Shown here one piece after another: positions 49,891 to 62,244 of a stretch of 64,000 nucleotides of DNA. The stretch is from Chiloscyllium plagiosum. Taxonomy: Eukaryota. Position 1 is the first letter of the stretch. Each line of letters begins with the position of its first letter. The notes beneath the pieces are model-generated. The model saw only the letters and a list, made by a program, of their open reading frames with translations, was not told the DNA's origin and did not search any database. The position numbers and the translations under genes were made by a program. Where the stretch lies: contig NC_057746.1 of assembly GCF_004010195.1 (NCBI RefSeq), positions 28,863,861-28,927,860 of the forward strand. Reading direction: 5' to 3'.

Positions 49891-52218
49891 TCTCAGCAAC
49901 TGCAGACCTCAAATCCTCTGGTACCTTGCCAGTAGCTAGTAAGGATGGAAAATGACCCTCAGAGGGACTTTTGTTTTTATCCATGACTTACTTTTAACAG
50001 CATTGGATGCAATTCATCTGACCTCAGTGATTTACCGACCTTCAGAAATGTTCTGAATATTTCTGCCTCGACCACCCTTCCCAGTCAGAGCGTTCCAGAT
50101 TCCCACCATCCTCCAAGTGAAAATAATTTTCCTCACAATCCATCTAAACATCCTTCCCTTTACCTTAAATTATTGACCATTCCATCAAGGGGAAAATGTT
50201 TCTTCCTGTCAACCATCTCCATGTCCCTCCTAATTTTACACATCTCAATTATGTCTCCCTTCAGTCTCCTCTGCTCCATAGATCACAAACTCAGTCTGTC
50301 CCATCTCTATTATTTGCTAGCTTTGGAAGAGTAACATAGATGCACAAATTAGTGAAAAGTCTATAAATGGAGAGGATAATAATAATAAAATTGGGAAGGC
50401 ATGCATGTAACTGCATGGTAGTCGACATGTTTGTGCCATGTGTACATGTGTGTACATTTCAATACATGGTGTACACGTCAGCATGTGGGCATATATTTTA
50501 GTATATGTGAGTGTATATGTTCATACGTGTTTGTATATTTCAGTATATGTGCATGTGTATGTCAGCATATGTGGGTGTATATGTCAGCACATGTACTGAT
50601 ATATACTCAAATGTTGCTGCTCTCGGTGACCATTAATTGCATTGATGCTGACTCGCATGAATATCTTCTTATTGATGTAGACTCTCTGGTAACATTTTAG
50701 ACAGTTACAACACATCATTCCTTGGCTCTGCCGATGCTGGATTTCTGAATTCCCAGAATATTTCTTCTGCTCCAGGTTCTCATTTGGATCTTTCATGGTA
50801 GGGAAATGAATTTCAAAAATACTAAAAATCAGTACTCACACTAGAGATTTGAATATGTAAACTGGGTTGATTCCCTGGGTACCAAGGGAGCATTGCAACA
50901 TCAGAGGTTTAGTTTGAGTGCATATTGCACAATTGGAAGGTCAGTGTTGACGAGTGCTGCACTGTCATAGGGTCAGTACTGGGGGAATATTTCACTGTCA
51001 TAGTGCCAGTACTGCGGGAATACTTCACTGTCATAAGGTCAGTACTCAGGAGATGCTGCAAAGTTGGAGTTGCCAATACTTGGAGACATTTGAGCCATCA
51101 AACACTGGCCTCATCTGTCCTCTGGTGAATGTAAAGACACTTAAAAAAAGGGTATCCAGCCATATTCCTCATTGTTCTATTTGGTACCTTACAAAGAATA
51201 GTCTGTCTGTTGTGTTTCAGACTAGGCAACATTAAAATATTCTGAGAATGTGACAGGTGAAGTAAGAATGCAAAATAATTTAGTTTTTGTCTGTTTTTCC
51301 TCTCTGTGTTTCTCTATTCTTCACTTCTTTCTATCCCTCTCTCCCACTCACTCGTTGTCCCTCTTTACTGTTCAGAGTATCGAGTGTAGGTAGCTGGTAG
51401 TTTATGTTGCAGCTGTACATTGGTTCGGCCACTTTTGGCATAGTGTGTGAAATTCTGGTCTCCCTCCTGTAGGAAGGATGTTATGAAACTTGGAAGGGTT
51501 CAGAAAAAGTTTACAAGGATGTTGCCAATGTTGTAGGGTTTGAGCTATAGGGAGAGGCTGCAGGCTGGGGTTATTTTCCCTGGCGCATCAGAGGCTGAGG
51601 GGTGACTTTATAAAAGCTTATAAAGTCATGAGAGGCATGCATAGGTTAAATAAACAATATCTTTTCCCTGAGTCGGGGGAGTCCAGAACTCGAGGGCATA
51701 GGTTTAGGGTGAGAGGGTAAAGATTTAAAAGTTACCTGAAGGACAACTATTTCATGCAAAGGGCAGTGCGTTTATGGAATGAGCTGCCAGAGGAAGTGGT
51801 GAGGCTGGTACAATTACAGCATTTAAAAGGCATCTGGATGGGCATATGAATATGAAGGGATTAGAAGGATGTGGGCCAAGTGCTGACAAATGGGATAAGA
51901 TGAATTTAGGATACCTGGTCGGCATGGACAAGTTGGACGAAAGGGTCTGTTTCTGTACTGTACAACTCTATGATTCTCTGAATCTTCGTGTCGCTCTGTT
52001 CCCCATTTCTGTATATATCCGTCCCTGCCCCTCCTATCTGTCACTATCTCTCTCTATCCCTTCCTCTACATCTCCATCTTTCACTGCCCCTGTCTCTCCC
52101 TCGATCATTCTCTGTCCCCCTGCCTCTCCCTCTTTCTCTGTTACAAACATTAATATACAGCTGTAATAGCCTGAGCGATGACCAATCGATCTGATTCTCT
52201 CTCCAGTGACTACTACAG

Positions 52219-52916
52219 AAACAGCGGGAGATTTAGAGGTGACAGGACCATTATCCCACATAATGGGGGTTGTCGGGGGCAGTGTGGTCCTGGAATGTGT
52301 CTTGGTGATGACCAAAGTCCTAAAGAATTTTTTTTAGATTAGATTACATTACAGTGTAGAAACAGGCCCTTCGGCCCAACAAGTCCACACCGACCCGCCG
52401 AAGCGAAACCCACCCATACCCCTACATTTACCCCTTACCTAACACGACGGGCAATTTAGCATGGCCAATTCACCTGACCCAGCACATCTTTTGGACTGTG
52501 GGAGGAAACCGGAGCACCCGGAGGAAACCCACACAGACACGGGGAGAACGTGCAAACTCCACACAGTCAGTCGCCTGAGGCGGGAATTGAACCCGGGTCT
52601 CAGGCGCTGTGAGGCAGCAGTGCTAACCACTGTGCCACCGTGCCGCCCACAAATCCAGCGAATATGGAGGTTCGCTGGATCAACATGGCGTATGGCTATA
52701 TCTCACCTGTCCACTTATACACAGAAGGAGCAGACGCTTTGGCATTCCAGCACTCGGCCTACAGAGGCCGAACTGAACTGTTTCTCGATGAAGTGGCACA
52801 GGGGAATCTCTCTCTCAGACTGAAGGATGTCCGAGTCTCTGACAGGGGACAGTACAAGTGCTTCGTTGCTTCTGGCATCAAACACAATGAGTTCAAATTC
52901 ACACTAGATGTGACAG
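52219..52916 (+). pseudogene. IgV exon of locus C interrupted by SINE
   Basis: ETAGDLEVTGPLSHIMGVVGGSVVLECVLVMTKVLKN [insert] [19 protein letters not shown]...YRGRTELF...DRGQYKC...TLDVT. Confidence 0.9.
52329..52659 (-). mobile_element. Young HE1/V-SINE-like SINE inside the IgV exon
   Basis: Full-length with CpGs retained; tRNA head GGGCGGCACGGTGGCACAGTGG on the minus strand; TCTAA/A-rich tail; GAAT duplicated at 52325-52328 and 52660-52663. Confidence 0.9.
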
Positions 52917-54037
52917 GTCAGTGACCATTTTGTAAACACACTAGCTGACCTCCTCAGGGACAGGGTTGTTGAGGTGAAGGATGAATATTGACTCAGAACC
53001 AGGCAGAATGCAAATAGAACCTGACAGGATCGACCCTGAGAGGCTGTTTCTGCTGACGGAGGTATCTAGAACACGGGGACGCAGTTTCAGGATAAGGGGA
53101 TGGTCACTTAGCACTGAGAAGGGGGATAGCTCTTCACTCAGAGTGTTGGGAACCTTTGCCTCACTGTCTCATTCCACTGAAGGGGGAAAAGACCATTCGG
53201 TCCCTCCAGGCTGCCCCACTCTTCAATATTTTAATTTTATTTCACTATTATAGCTGATTTGAATTTTATTTCCACATTCAAGGTCCTCTCCCCACATCCC
53301 TGAATACCAGGAATGAAAAGATTTCTGAGGTGAGTGTTCACAGAATGAGTATTTCTAGAGCCCTGGAGTAGAAGATGTTTTAGCTCAGTCAGCATGAGAA
53401 ACAAACTCTCCATGTAGTCCCTATTTTTAATCTGTGATAGATTAAAGTTTTGATGGATTAAGCAGTGAGTGAGGCCACAGATCAGCCATGATCTCACAGA
53501 ATGCTGTAACAGGCTTGAGGGGCTGAATTGCCTGCTCCTGTTCCTCTCAAATCCTACCAGAATGCTTTCACCTCTCACACTTCTAACCCCTAGAAAGTAC
53601 AGAACAGTCCATTCAGTGCTCGCAGAGCAATTCTCTTGACCAGCGATCAATCCCGTGCACCCACACATGGGACATGTCTTTTCATCCTCAGCCGGGGATG
53701 GCCAGACATTGAATATATTTAAGAAAGAGATTCATATATTTTTGGAAGCTGAGGTAATATAAAGAACATGTGGAAAGAGTGGGAATTTGGAGTTGAGGTG
53801 GAGAATTAGCAATGATCATATTGACTAATGGGACAGGCATCAGGGATTGAATGGACCACTCCAGCTCTTCTCTGCGTTAAGTTCTTTGTTTCCCACAATT
53901 CATCTGGTGGAATGCAGTCATCGAGGCTGGCTTTGCATAAAGGGCCTTTGGCCCATCTGCCCCATTCAATAACAAGCAGGTAACTATTCTAATCCTACTT
54001 TCCTGCATTTGGCCCTTTGCTTTCGTATTGCAAACAT

Positions 54038-57000
54038 ACATAGAGTCATAGAGATGTACAGCATGGAAACAAACACTTCGGTCCAACCCGTCCATGCCAA
54101 CCAGATATCCCAACCCAATCTAGTCCCACCTGCCAGCGCCCAGCCCATATCCCTCCAAACCCTTCCTATTCATATACCCATCCAAATGCCTCTTAAATGT
54201 TGCAATTTTACCAGCCTCCATCACATTCTCTGGCAGCTCATTCCATACACATACCACCCTCTGTCTGAAAAGTTGCCCCTTAGGTCTGTTTTATATCTTC
54301 CCCTCTCACCCTAAACCTATGCCCTCTAGTTCTGGACTCCCCCACCCCAGGGAAAAGTCTTTGCCTATTTACCATTTCCATGCCCTTCATAATTATGTAA
54401 ACCTCTATAAGGACACCCCTCAATCTCTGATGCTCCAGGGAAAATAGCCCCAGCCTGTTCAGCCTCTCCCTATAGCTCAAATCCTCCAACCCTTCTTCAC
54501 TATCCTATCTACCTGTGACTCCACTTTCAATGAGCTATGAACCTGCACTCCAAGGTCTCTTTGTTCAGCAACACTCCCTAGGATCTTACCATTAAGTGCA
54601 TAAGTCCTGCTAAGATTTGCTTTCCCAAAATGCAGCACCTCACATTTATCTGAATTAAACTCCATCTGCCACTTCTCAGCGCATTGGCCCATCTGGTTCA
54701 GATCCTGTTGTAATCTGTGGTAACCCTCTTCGCTGTCCACTACACCTCCAATTTTTGTATCATCTGCAAACTTACTAACTGTACCTCTTATGCTCGCATC
54801 CTAATCATTTAAGTAAATGACAAAAAGTAGAGGACCCAGCACCGATCCTTTGGCATTGCACTGGTCACAGGCCTCCCATCTAAAAACAATCCTCCACCAC
54901 CACCCTCTGTCTTCTACCTTTGAGCCAGTTCTGTATCTAAATTGTGAATTCTCCCTGTATTCTGTGAGATCTAATCTTGCTAATCAGTCTCCCATGGGGA
55001 ACCTTGTCAAACGCCTTACTGAAATCCATATAGATCACATCTACCACTCTGCTGTCATCAATCCTCTTTGTTACTTCTTCAAAAAACTCAATCAAGTTTG
55101 TAAGACATGATTTCTCATGCACAAAGCCATGTTGACTATCCCTAATCAGTCCTTGCCTTTCCAAATACATGTACGTTCTGTCCCTCAGGATTCCTTCCAG
55201 CAACTTGCCCACCACCAACATCAGGATCACTGATGTATAGTTCCCTGGCTTGTCCTTACCACCCTTTTTAAACAGTGGCACCACATTAGCCAACCTAGTC
55301 TTCCGCACCTCACCTGTGATTAGCGATGATACAAATATCTCACTAAGAAGTCCAGGAATCACTTCTCTAGTTTCCCACAGAGTTCAAGGGAACACCTGAT
55401 CAGGACCTGGGGATTTATCCACCTTTACCCATTTCAAGACATCCAGCACATCGTCCTCTGTAATATGGACATTTTGAAAAATGTCACCATCATTTCCCTA
55501 CAGTCTATATCTTCCATATCCTTTTCCACAGTAAATACTGATGCAAACTACTCATTTAGTATCTCCCCCATTTTTTGCAGCTCCACACAAAGTCCACCTT
55601 GGTGATCTTTAGGGCCCCTATTTTCTCCCTTGTTACCCTTTTGTCCTTAATATATTTGTAAAAACTCTTTGGATTCTCCTTAATTCTATTTGCCAAAGCT
55701 ATCTCATGTCCCTGTTTTGCTCTCCTGATTTCCCTCTTAAGTATACTCCTACTTCCTTTATACTCTTCTAAGGATTCATTCATCTATCCTGTCTATACCT
55801 TTCATATGCTTCCTTCTTTTTCTTAACAATTTCTTTAGTCATCCAACATTCTCTATACCGACCAGCCTTTCCTTTCACCCTAACAGGAATATATTTTCTC
55901 TGGATTCTCGTTATCTCATTTCTGAAGGCTTCCCATTTTCCAGCCGTCCCTTTACCTGCGAACATCTGCCCCCAATCAGCTTTCGAAAGTTCTTGCCTAA
56001 TACCGTCAAAATTGGCCTTTCTCCAATTTAGAATTTCAACTTTTAGATCTGGTCTATCCTTTTCCATCACTATTTTAAATCTAATAGAATTGTGGTCTCT
56101 GGCCCCAAAGTGCTCCCCCACTGATATCTCAGTCACCTGTCCTGCCTTATTTCCCAAGAGTAGGTCAAGTTTTGCACCTTCTCTAGTAGGTACATCCACA
56201 TACCGAATATGAAAATTGTCTTGTATGCACTTAACAAATTCTTCGCCATCTAAACCCTTAACACTATCTTTATACTCCTCTAAGGAATCACTCGATCTAT
56301 CTTGTCTTTACCTTACATATGCCTCCTTCTTTTTCTTAACCAAACCCTCAATTTCTTTCGTCATCCAGCACTCCCTACTTTTCCCTACCAACCTTTACTT
56401 TCATCCTAACAGGAATATACTTTCTCTGGATTCTCGTTATCTCATTTCTGAAGGATTCCCATTTTCCAGCCGTCCCTTTACCTGAGAACATCTGCCCCCA
56501 ATCAGCTTTCGAAAGTTCTTGCCTAATACCATCAAAATTGGCCTTTCTCCAATTTAGAACTTCAACTTTTAGATCTGGTCTATCCTTTTTCATCACTATT
56601 TTAAAACTACTAGAATTATGGTCGCTGGCCTCAAAGTGCTCCTCCCACTGACACCTCAGTCACCTGCCCTCCCTTACTTTCCAAGTGTAGGGCAAGTTTT
56701 TGCTCCTTCCTGAGTTGGAACATTCACATACTGAATCAGAAAACTTTCTTGTACACGCTTAACAAATTCCTCTCCTTCTAAACCCTTTGCACTATGGCAG
56801 TCCCAGTGTTTGGAAAGTTTAAATCCCCTATCATAACCACTCTATTATTCCTATAGATAACTGAAATCTCCTTACAAATCTATATCTCAATTTCCCACTA
56901 ACTGTTAGGGGTCCATAATACAATCCCAATAAGGTGATCATCCCTTTCTTATTTCTCAGTTCCACCCGAATAACTTCCCTGGATGCATTCCCAGTAATGT

Positions 57001-57480
57001 CCTCCTTAAGTTCAGCAGTAATGCTATCCCTTATCAAAAATGCCACTCCCCTTCCTCTCTTGCCTCCCTTTCTATCCTTCCTATTGCATTTGTATCCTAG
57101 AACATTAAGCTGCCAGTCTTGTCTATACCTGAGCCATGTTTCAGTAATTGCTATGATATCCCAGTCCCATGTTCCTGACCATGCCCTGAGTTCATCTGCC
57201 TTCCTTGTTAGGCCTCATGCATTGAAGCAAATGTCATTCCATTTAACAGTCGTACCTTGTTCTCTACTTTGTCCCTTCTTGCCCAGTTTGACTTGCTCCC
57301 TTTCCCAACTGCACCAGTCTTAGATTGATCACTTTCCTCACTGTTTCCCTGGGTCCCACCCCCTCATCTTATTAGTTTAAATCCTCCCAAGCAGCTCGAG
57401 TAAAGTATATTAGTTCCCTTCCAATTCAGGTGCAATCTATCCTTCTTGTACAGGTCCCTTCTACCCCAGAAGAGATTCCC
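54038..57480 (-). mobile_element. CR1 LINE (composite, internal about 510-bp duplication) in the IgV-IgC intron of locus C
   Basis: Minus ORFs with endonuclease and RT motifs; absent from the locus B intron (near 23395). Confidence 0.93.
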
Positions 57481-57896
57481 AACTCACTCTGCATGAAAAC
57501 ATTTTTCTGGACATGCCCTTGACACCTCTGGTCCCTTACCTTAAATCAATGTCCCTGGTCATTGATCCCTCTACCAAGAGAATGCAACCAACCTATGCCC
57601 CTCATAATGTTAGACATCTCAATCATCTCCCCAGTCTCCTCTGCTTTGAAGAAACAAACCCTAGTCTAATCAATTATAAATAAAGAACTACAGATGCTAG
57701 TGATCTGAAACAAAAGCAGAAATTCCTGGAGAACCTCAGCAGGTCTGGTGTCACCAATGAGAAGAAAGCAGTGTAACCCTTTTGAGTCCAGTGACTCTTG
57801 ATTAGAGCAGTTAGCAATTAGGAACATGTGGTATGGAGCTGAAGTTTGGAGAAGGGGGCAGGGAGAAATGAGTGGATAGGTGGAGATGGAGTCCAT

Positions 57897-57928
<32 letters not shown>

Positions 57929-59810
57929 TGAAAGGTGTATGTAAACAAGGAGGCTATGGATAGAAAATCAGGACAGAAGAAGAAGTGATAATAAGAGTGA
58001 TAAGTGGGGAAATAGGTGAGCTGTACTGAATGCAATGCGTGTGTGTTGACAGTGGGTTCTAGAATTCCATGAGTATGGGTGACTGCTTAAAGCAACACAT
58101 ATCAGGACAGACCTGGTGTGAGTGAGTAAAAAACATGAAATGTTCAAATTTATTGAACTTGATATTGAGTCCCAGAGGCTGCAGTGTTCCCAAATGGTGA
58201 ATGAGATGCTGTTCTTCGGGTTTGTGCTGATGCTCTCTGGAAGACTACGCTGAACTTGCAACAGAAATGTTGGCTAAGGAATACGGTGGTGTGTTGAAGA
58301 GGCAGGCAACTTGCAGCTTAGTGTCATTTTTGTGGACAGAAAATAGGTGTTCTGCAAAGTGGTTGCCCAGTTTGCTTTACGTCTCCCTAATGTAGAGGAG
58401 ACCACATTGTGAACAGCAAATACAGTAGATTAGATGGAGAGGTACAGGTAAATTACTGCTTTACCAGAAAGGTATGTCTGGCACCCTGGATAGTGAGGAG
58501 GCGGAGGTGAACAGGTGGTGTTAAACCTTCTGCAATTGCATGGAAAGGTATTTGGGGTGTGAGAGGGTGTTGGGAGTGAAGGAGGAGTAGACCAGTGTGT
58601 CGCAGAGGGAATGGTCCATGTGGAAAACTGACAAGGTAGGAGAAGGGAATATGTGTCTGGTGATGGAATCCCGCTGGATGTGCTGGAAATGGCAGCTAAA
58701 GATTGTTTGGATGCATAAGCTGGTCGAGTGGTAAATGAGGAGTACAGTGACACTATCATTGTGGGAGGGAAGAGAAAAGGGGTGTGGGGTGAAGAGCGGG
58801 AGATAGGTTAAACATGGCGAAGGGCCCTGCAACCCACAGTAGTGGGGAATCCTTGATTGAGGAAAAGGGTGGACATTTTGGAGGCAGCACCATGTGGAAG
58901 GTGGTATCATCAGAACAGATATAATGTAGGTGGAGAAACTGGGGCAACGGGACAGAGTCTTTACAAGAGGCAGGGTGTGAGAATGTGTAATCATTGTCAC
59001 TATGGGAGACGGTGAGTTTGTTCGTGGCCAGCCTATTCCTCAAAATGGAAACAGAGATATCGAGAAGGGAATGGGGGAGGCAGGGATGGACCAGGTGAAA
59101 GTGACGGTAGGGTGGAAATTGAAAGCTCTGCAAGGGCCTTTCCCTCCAGGAGACTCTGGCCCACTTCTTGTCCACTCCCAACATCTCCCCACTCTCCCAC
59201 AGCATCTTCCCAAGGAATATGTAAAACCTGCCCATATACCTCCTCCTTCATCCGGATCTTCCAGCTGAAGCAATGATTTACCTGCACTTCACTCAATCTG
59301 GTATTTGCTGTTCACAGTGCAGTCCCTTCTAAATTAGGAAATCAAAATGCAAAGTGGGTGGCCACATTGCAAAACATCAATATTCTATTTGCAAAAATGA
59401 CCTTGAGCTTCAGTTGCCTGCCACTTCCCATGCCTGGCCATTATATCTCTGTCTCAGGCCTGCAGCAGTGTTCCAGTGCTCCAGTGTTTCAGTGCAAGCT
59501 TGAAGAACAGTACCTCATTTTCAGCTTCGGGACACTGCAGCCTTTAGGACTCAACATCAAGTTCAATAACTTTAGAGTCTGATTCCACCTTTCAGTGTTT
59601 TTACCTATACCACACCGGGTCCTGCACTGACAGGGGTTGGTTTTAGCACAGTCACCTATTCCCACATACTCTAAGATCTGCTATCACACTATTTGGATTG
59701 CTATCATACAGCTCACACACTTTCTCCTACTCTTTGACCCTATTATCACTTATTCAGTTTCTATTCTGTCCTGGCCTGCCATCCATAATCTCCTTGTTTA
59801 CCCACAACTT

Positions 59811-59848
<38 letters not shown>

Positions 59849-60009
59849 GGGCTCCATCTCCAGCAATCTGTGCCCCTCCAATCTCCCCATTTCCACTCCT
59901 CCCCCCAAACTAAATTATGTCTTCCGCATAAATAATGTTTCTTCTGAACTTCTGATGAAGAGTCACTGGATGTCAATGGGTAATACTCCTTTCTTCCACA
60001 GATGGTGCC

Positions 60010-60428
60010 AGGCTGGGCTGTTTTCCCTGGAGCGTCGGAGGCTGAGGGGTGACCTTATAGAGGTTTACAAAATAATGGGGGGCATGGATAGGATAAATAG
60101 GCAAAGTCTTTTCCCTGGGGTCGGGAAGTCCAGAACTAGAGGGCATAGATTTAGGGTGAGAGGGGAAAGATATAAAAGAGACCTAAGGGGCAACTTTTTC
60201 ATGCAGAGGGTGGTACGTGTATGGAATGAGCTGCCAGAGGATGTGGTGGAGGTTGGTACAATTGCAACAATTAAGAGGCATTTGGATGGATATCTGAATA
60301 GGAAGGGTTTGGAGGGATATGGGCCGGACGCTGCCAGATGGGACTAGATTGGGTTGGGATATCTGGTTGGCATGGATGGGTTGGACCGAAGGGTCTGTTT
60401 CCATGCTGTACATCTCTATGACTCCATG
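60010..60428 (+). mobile_element. CR1 3' fragment specific to locus C
   Basis: GLFSLERRRLRGDLIEVYKIM...VWNELPE; splits GATGGTGCCAG|ACCTG, which is contiguous at 25860 in locus B. Confidence 0.9.
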
Positions 60429-61077
60429 ACCTGACGAGTTGTTCCAGCAGTTTCTGTTCTTGTCCACAGTCTATCCAATCTCTCTTCACAAATATAACTC
60501 TCCAGACCAGGCAAAAAAAAATCTCTCCTGAGCCCTCTCCAGTGAAATCACATCCATACTAGAATGTGGATTCCAGAAGTGGACACAGAATATTCTTGTA
60601 GTTTTTTGAATCTGGGGAATACATTCCACAGACTAAATTGTCATGTTGGAAAAAACATGTTTGTTCATCTCTGCCTTAACAGCAGGACCTCTTTTTTTAA
60701 ATGAAAGCAAAACTTTCCAGTTAGTTGAAGGTTTTTGCAGTACTTATGAACTTTATAATGTCCCTTTTTAAAAGAAAATGTTTTTATGTGCAGCCAGTCT
60801 GAAGGCCCAGAAACAATTCCAGTTGGTAGAACCTTACCTGGTGACTAATTTGACCTGTGGGTATTTCCTGTCTGGCCTGTTTCTCTCTCATCTCTCCGAG
60901 TGAGGTTTCCTCTGCCCTCCCCCACCACCTTGCCCTGACAGATTCTAATCGAACTCTGGTTACACTGCGTGAAGGGATCCTGAAAGTACAGGTCAGCTGC
61001 AATCTGACCGAGTGGTGTAGGGAGGCCATGACAGGCTTTGTGGCCTACTCCCCTTCCTGATGTCTCTGTGATTGCAG

Positions 61078-61362
61078 GTACAGGCCGCCAGCCCAGGATC
61101 GAGATGGAGGGCCAAACAGGTGATGGCATCAGTCTGGGCTGCAGATCCGAAGGGTGGTACCCACAGCCACCCGTCCTGTGGGTAGACGGAGGTGGAGTGA
61201 ATGTGATGGTCCAGCAGCAAACCACGTACCAGCCAGACACTCAGGGGCTGTTCATGGTCAGCAGCTCCATCGAGATCCCCAAGCAATCCCCCAACAAGTA
61301 CACTTGTGTCATTAACAATGTGATCCTGAAGGAGACACAGGAGGCTCACATCCAGATCGCAG
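61078..61362 (+). CDS. IgC exon of locus C (intact)
   Basis: GTGRQPRIEMEGQTGDGISLGCRSEGWYPQPPVLW...GLFMVSSSIEI...YTCVINNVILKETQEAHIQIA; 285 nt, phase 1-1. Confidence 0.88.
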
Positions 61363-62124
61363 GTCTGTCATGGTGGGAGAAGACATTCCCAGATACTCAG
61401 CTGGCTGGGGGAAAGGACTTGAATGAGATTATAGAGAAATATAAAATCCTGAGGAAATGCTGTGATTGAAACAGGCTCCTCGTGGCCCTGGTCAGAGACA
61501 AGTGTCAAAGGTCAGCCTCTCACAGCTACAGCTTGCCCCTTATGGCAACAAAAGGCATTTCACCAGGAAGGAAGGAGTGATGGAGATTGAGGGAGAGTGA
61601 GAGGCTGTGATGGAACGAGTAGGAGAGAGTGATCTAGGGAGAAGGAGAGGGTGTGATGGAGTGAGAAGGAGAGGATGCGATGCAAATTGAATGGAAGGAG
61701 TGAGTGTGATGGAACAGGGGGGTGAGTGGGTATATTTTGAGTTTGCGAAAAGGCAGTGAGGTAATGGACAGAGAGTGGGTGATGGAGGGAGACAGAGATA
61801 GCGGAGGTTGGAAGAGGGAAATGGATAATGGGGGAAAAGAAGCTAATAGAGAAAGAGGGTGATTGAAGTTGAGTACAGGGTGTAACAATGTGTTTGTATT
61901 AATTCAAACAGCTGAATGGTTCGCTTTCTCACTCTCTCTCCCTTTGTATCCCATTATCCCCGTCTCTCTCCAACTTTTTCTCCCTTCTCCCCTCTTCCCC
62001 CTACCTTTACCCCCACCCTTTCCCCTTCAATTTTGCCACTTCTCTAATTTGTCTCTTTCTCACCACCTTCTCCCTTTCCTTCCATTTCTCTCCCTTTCCT
62101 CCTGTCCTCTGTCTCTCGATACAG

Positions 62125-62244
62125 ATTCCTTCTTCCCCGGTGTTTCCGGATGGCTGACAGCGTTCTGGATCCTGTTTGCTCTGACTGTTGCAGTAGTCAC
62201 TCTCACAGTGTGGTACCATCGGAGATTACAGAATAAGATTCAAG
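62125..62244 (+). CDS. Transmembrane exon of locus C (intact)
   Basis: DSFFPGVSGWLTAFWILFALTVAVVTLTVWYHRRLQNKIQ; 120 nt. Confidence 0.85.

Noticed and set aside
52560-52650. tRNA-like A and B boxes (also about 42280, 33455, 48700)
   Set aside because: They are SINE heads followed by SINE body and tail, not tRNA genes.
59637-60347. 236-aa ORF
   Set aside because: Chance fusion of a decayed Penelope tail, a CT microsatellite and a CR1 ORF2 C-terminal fragment.
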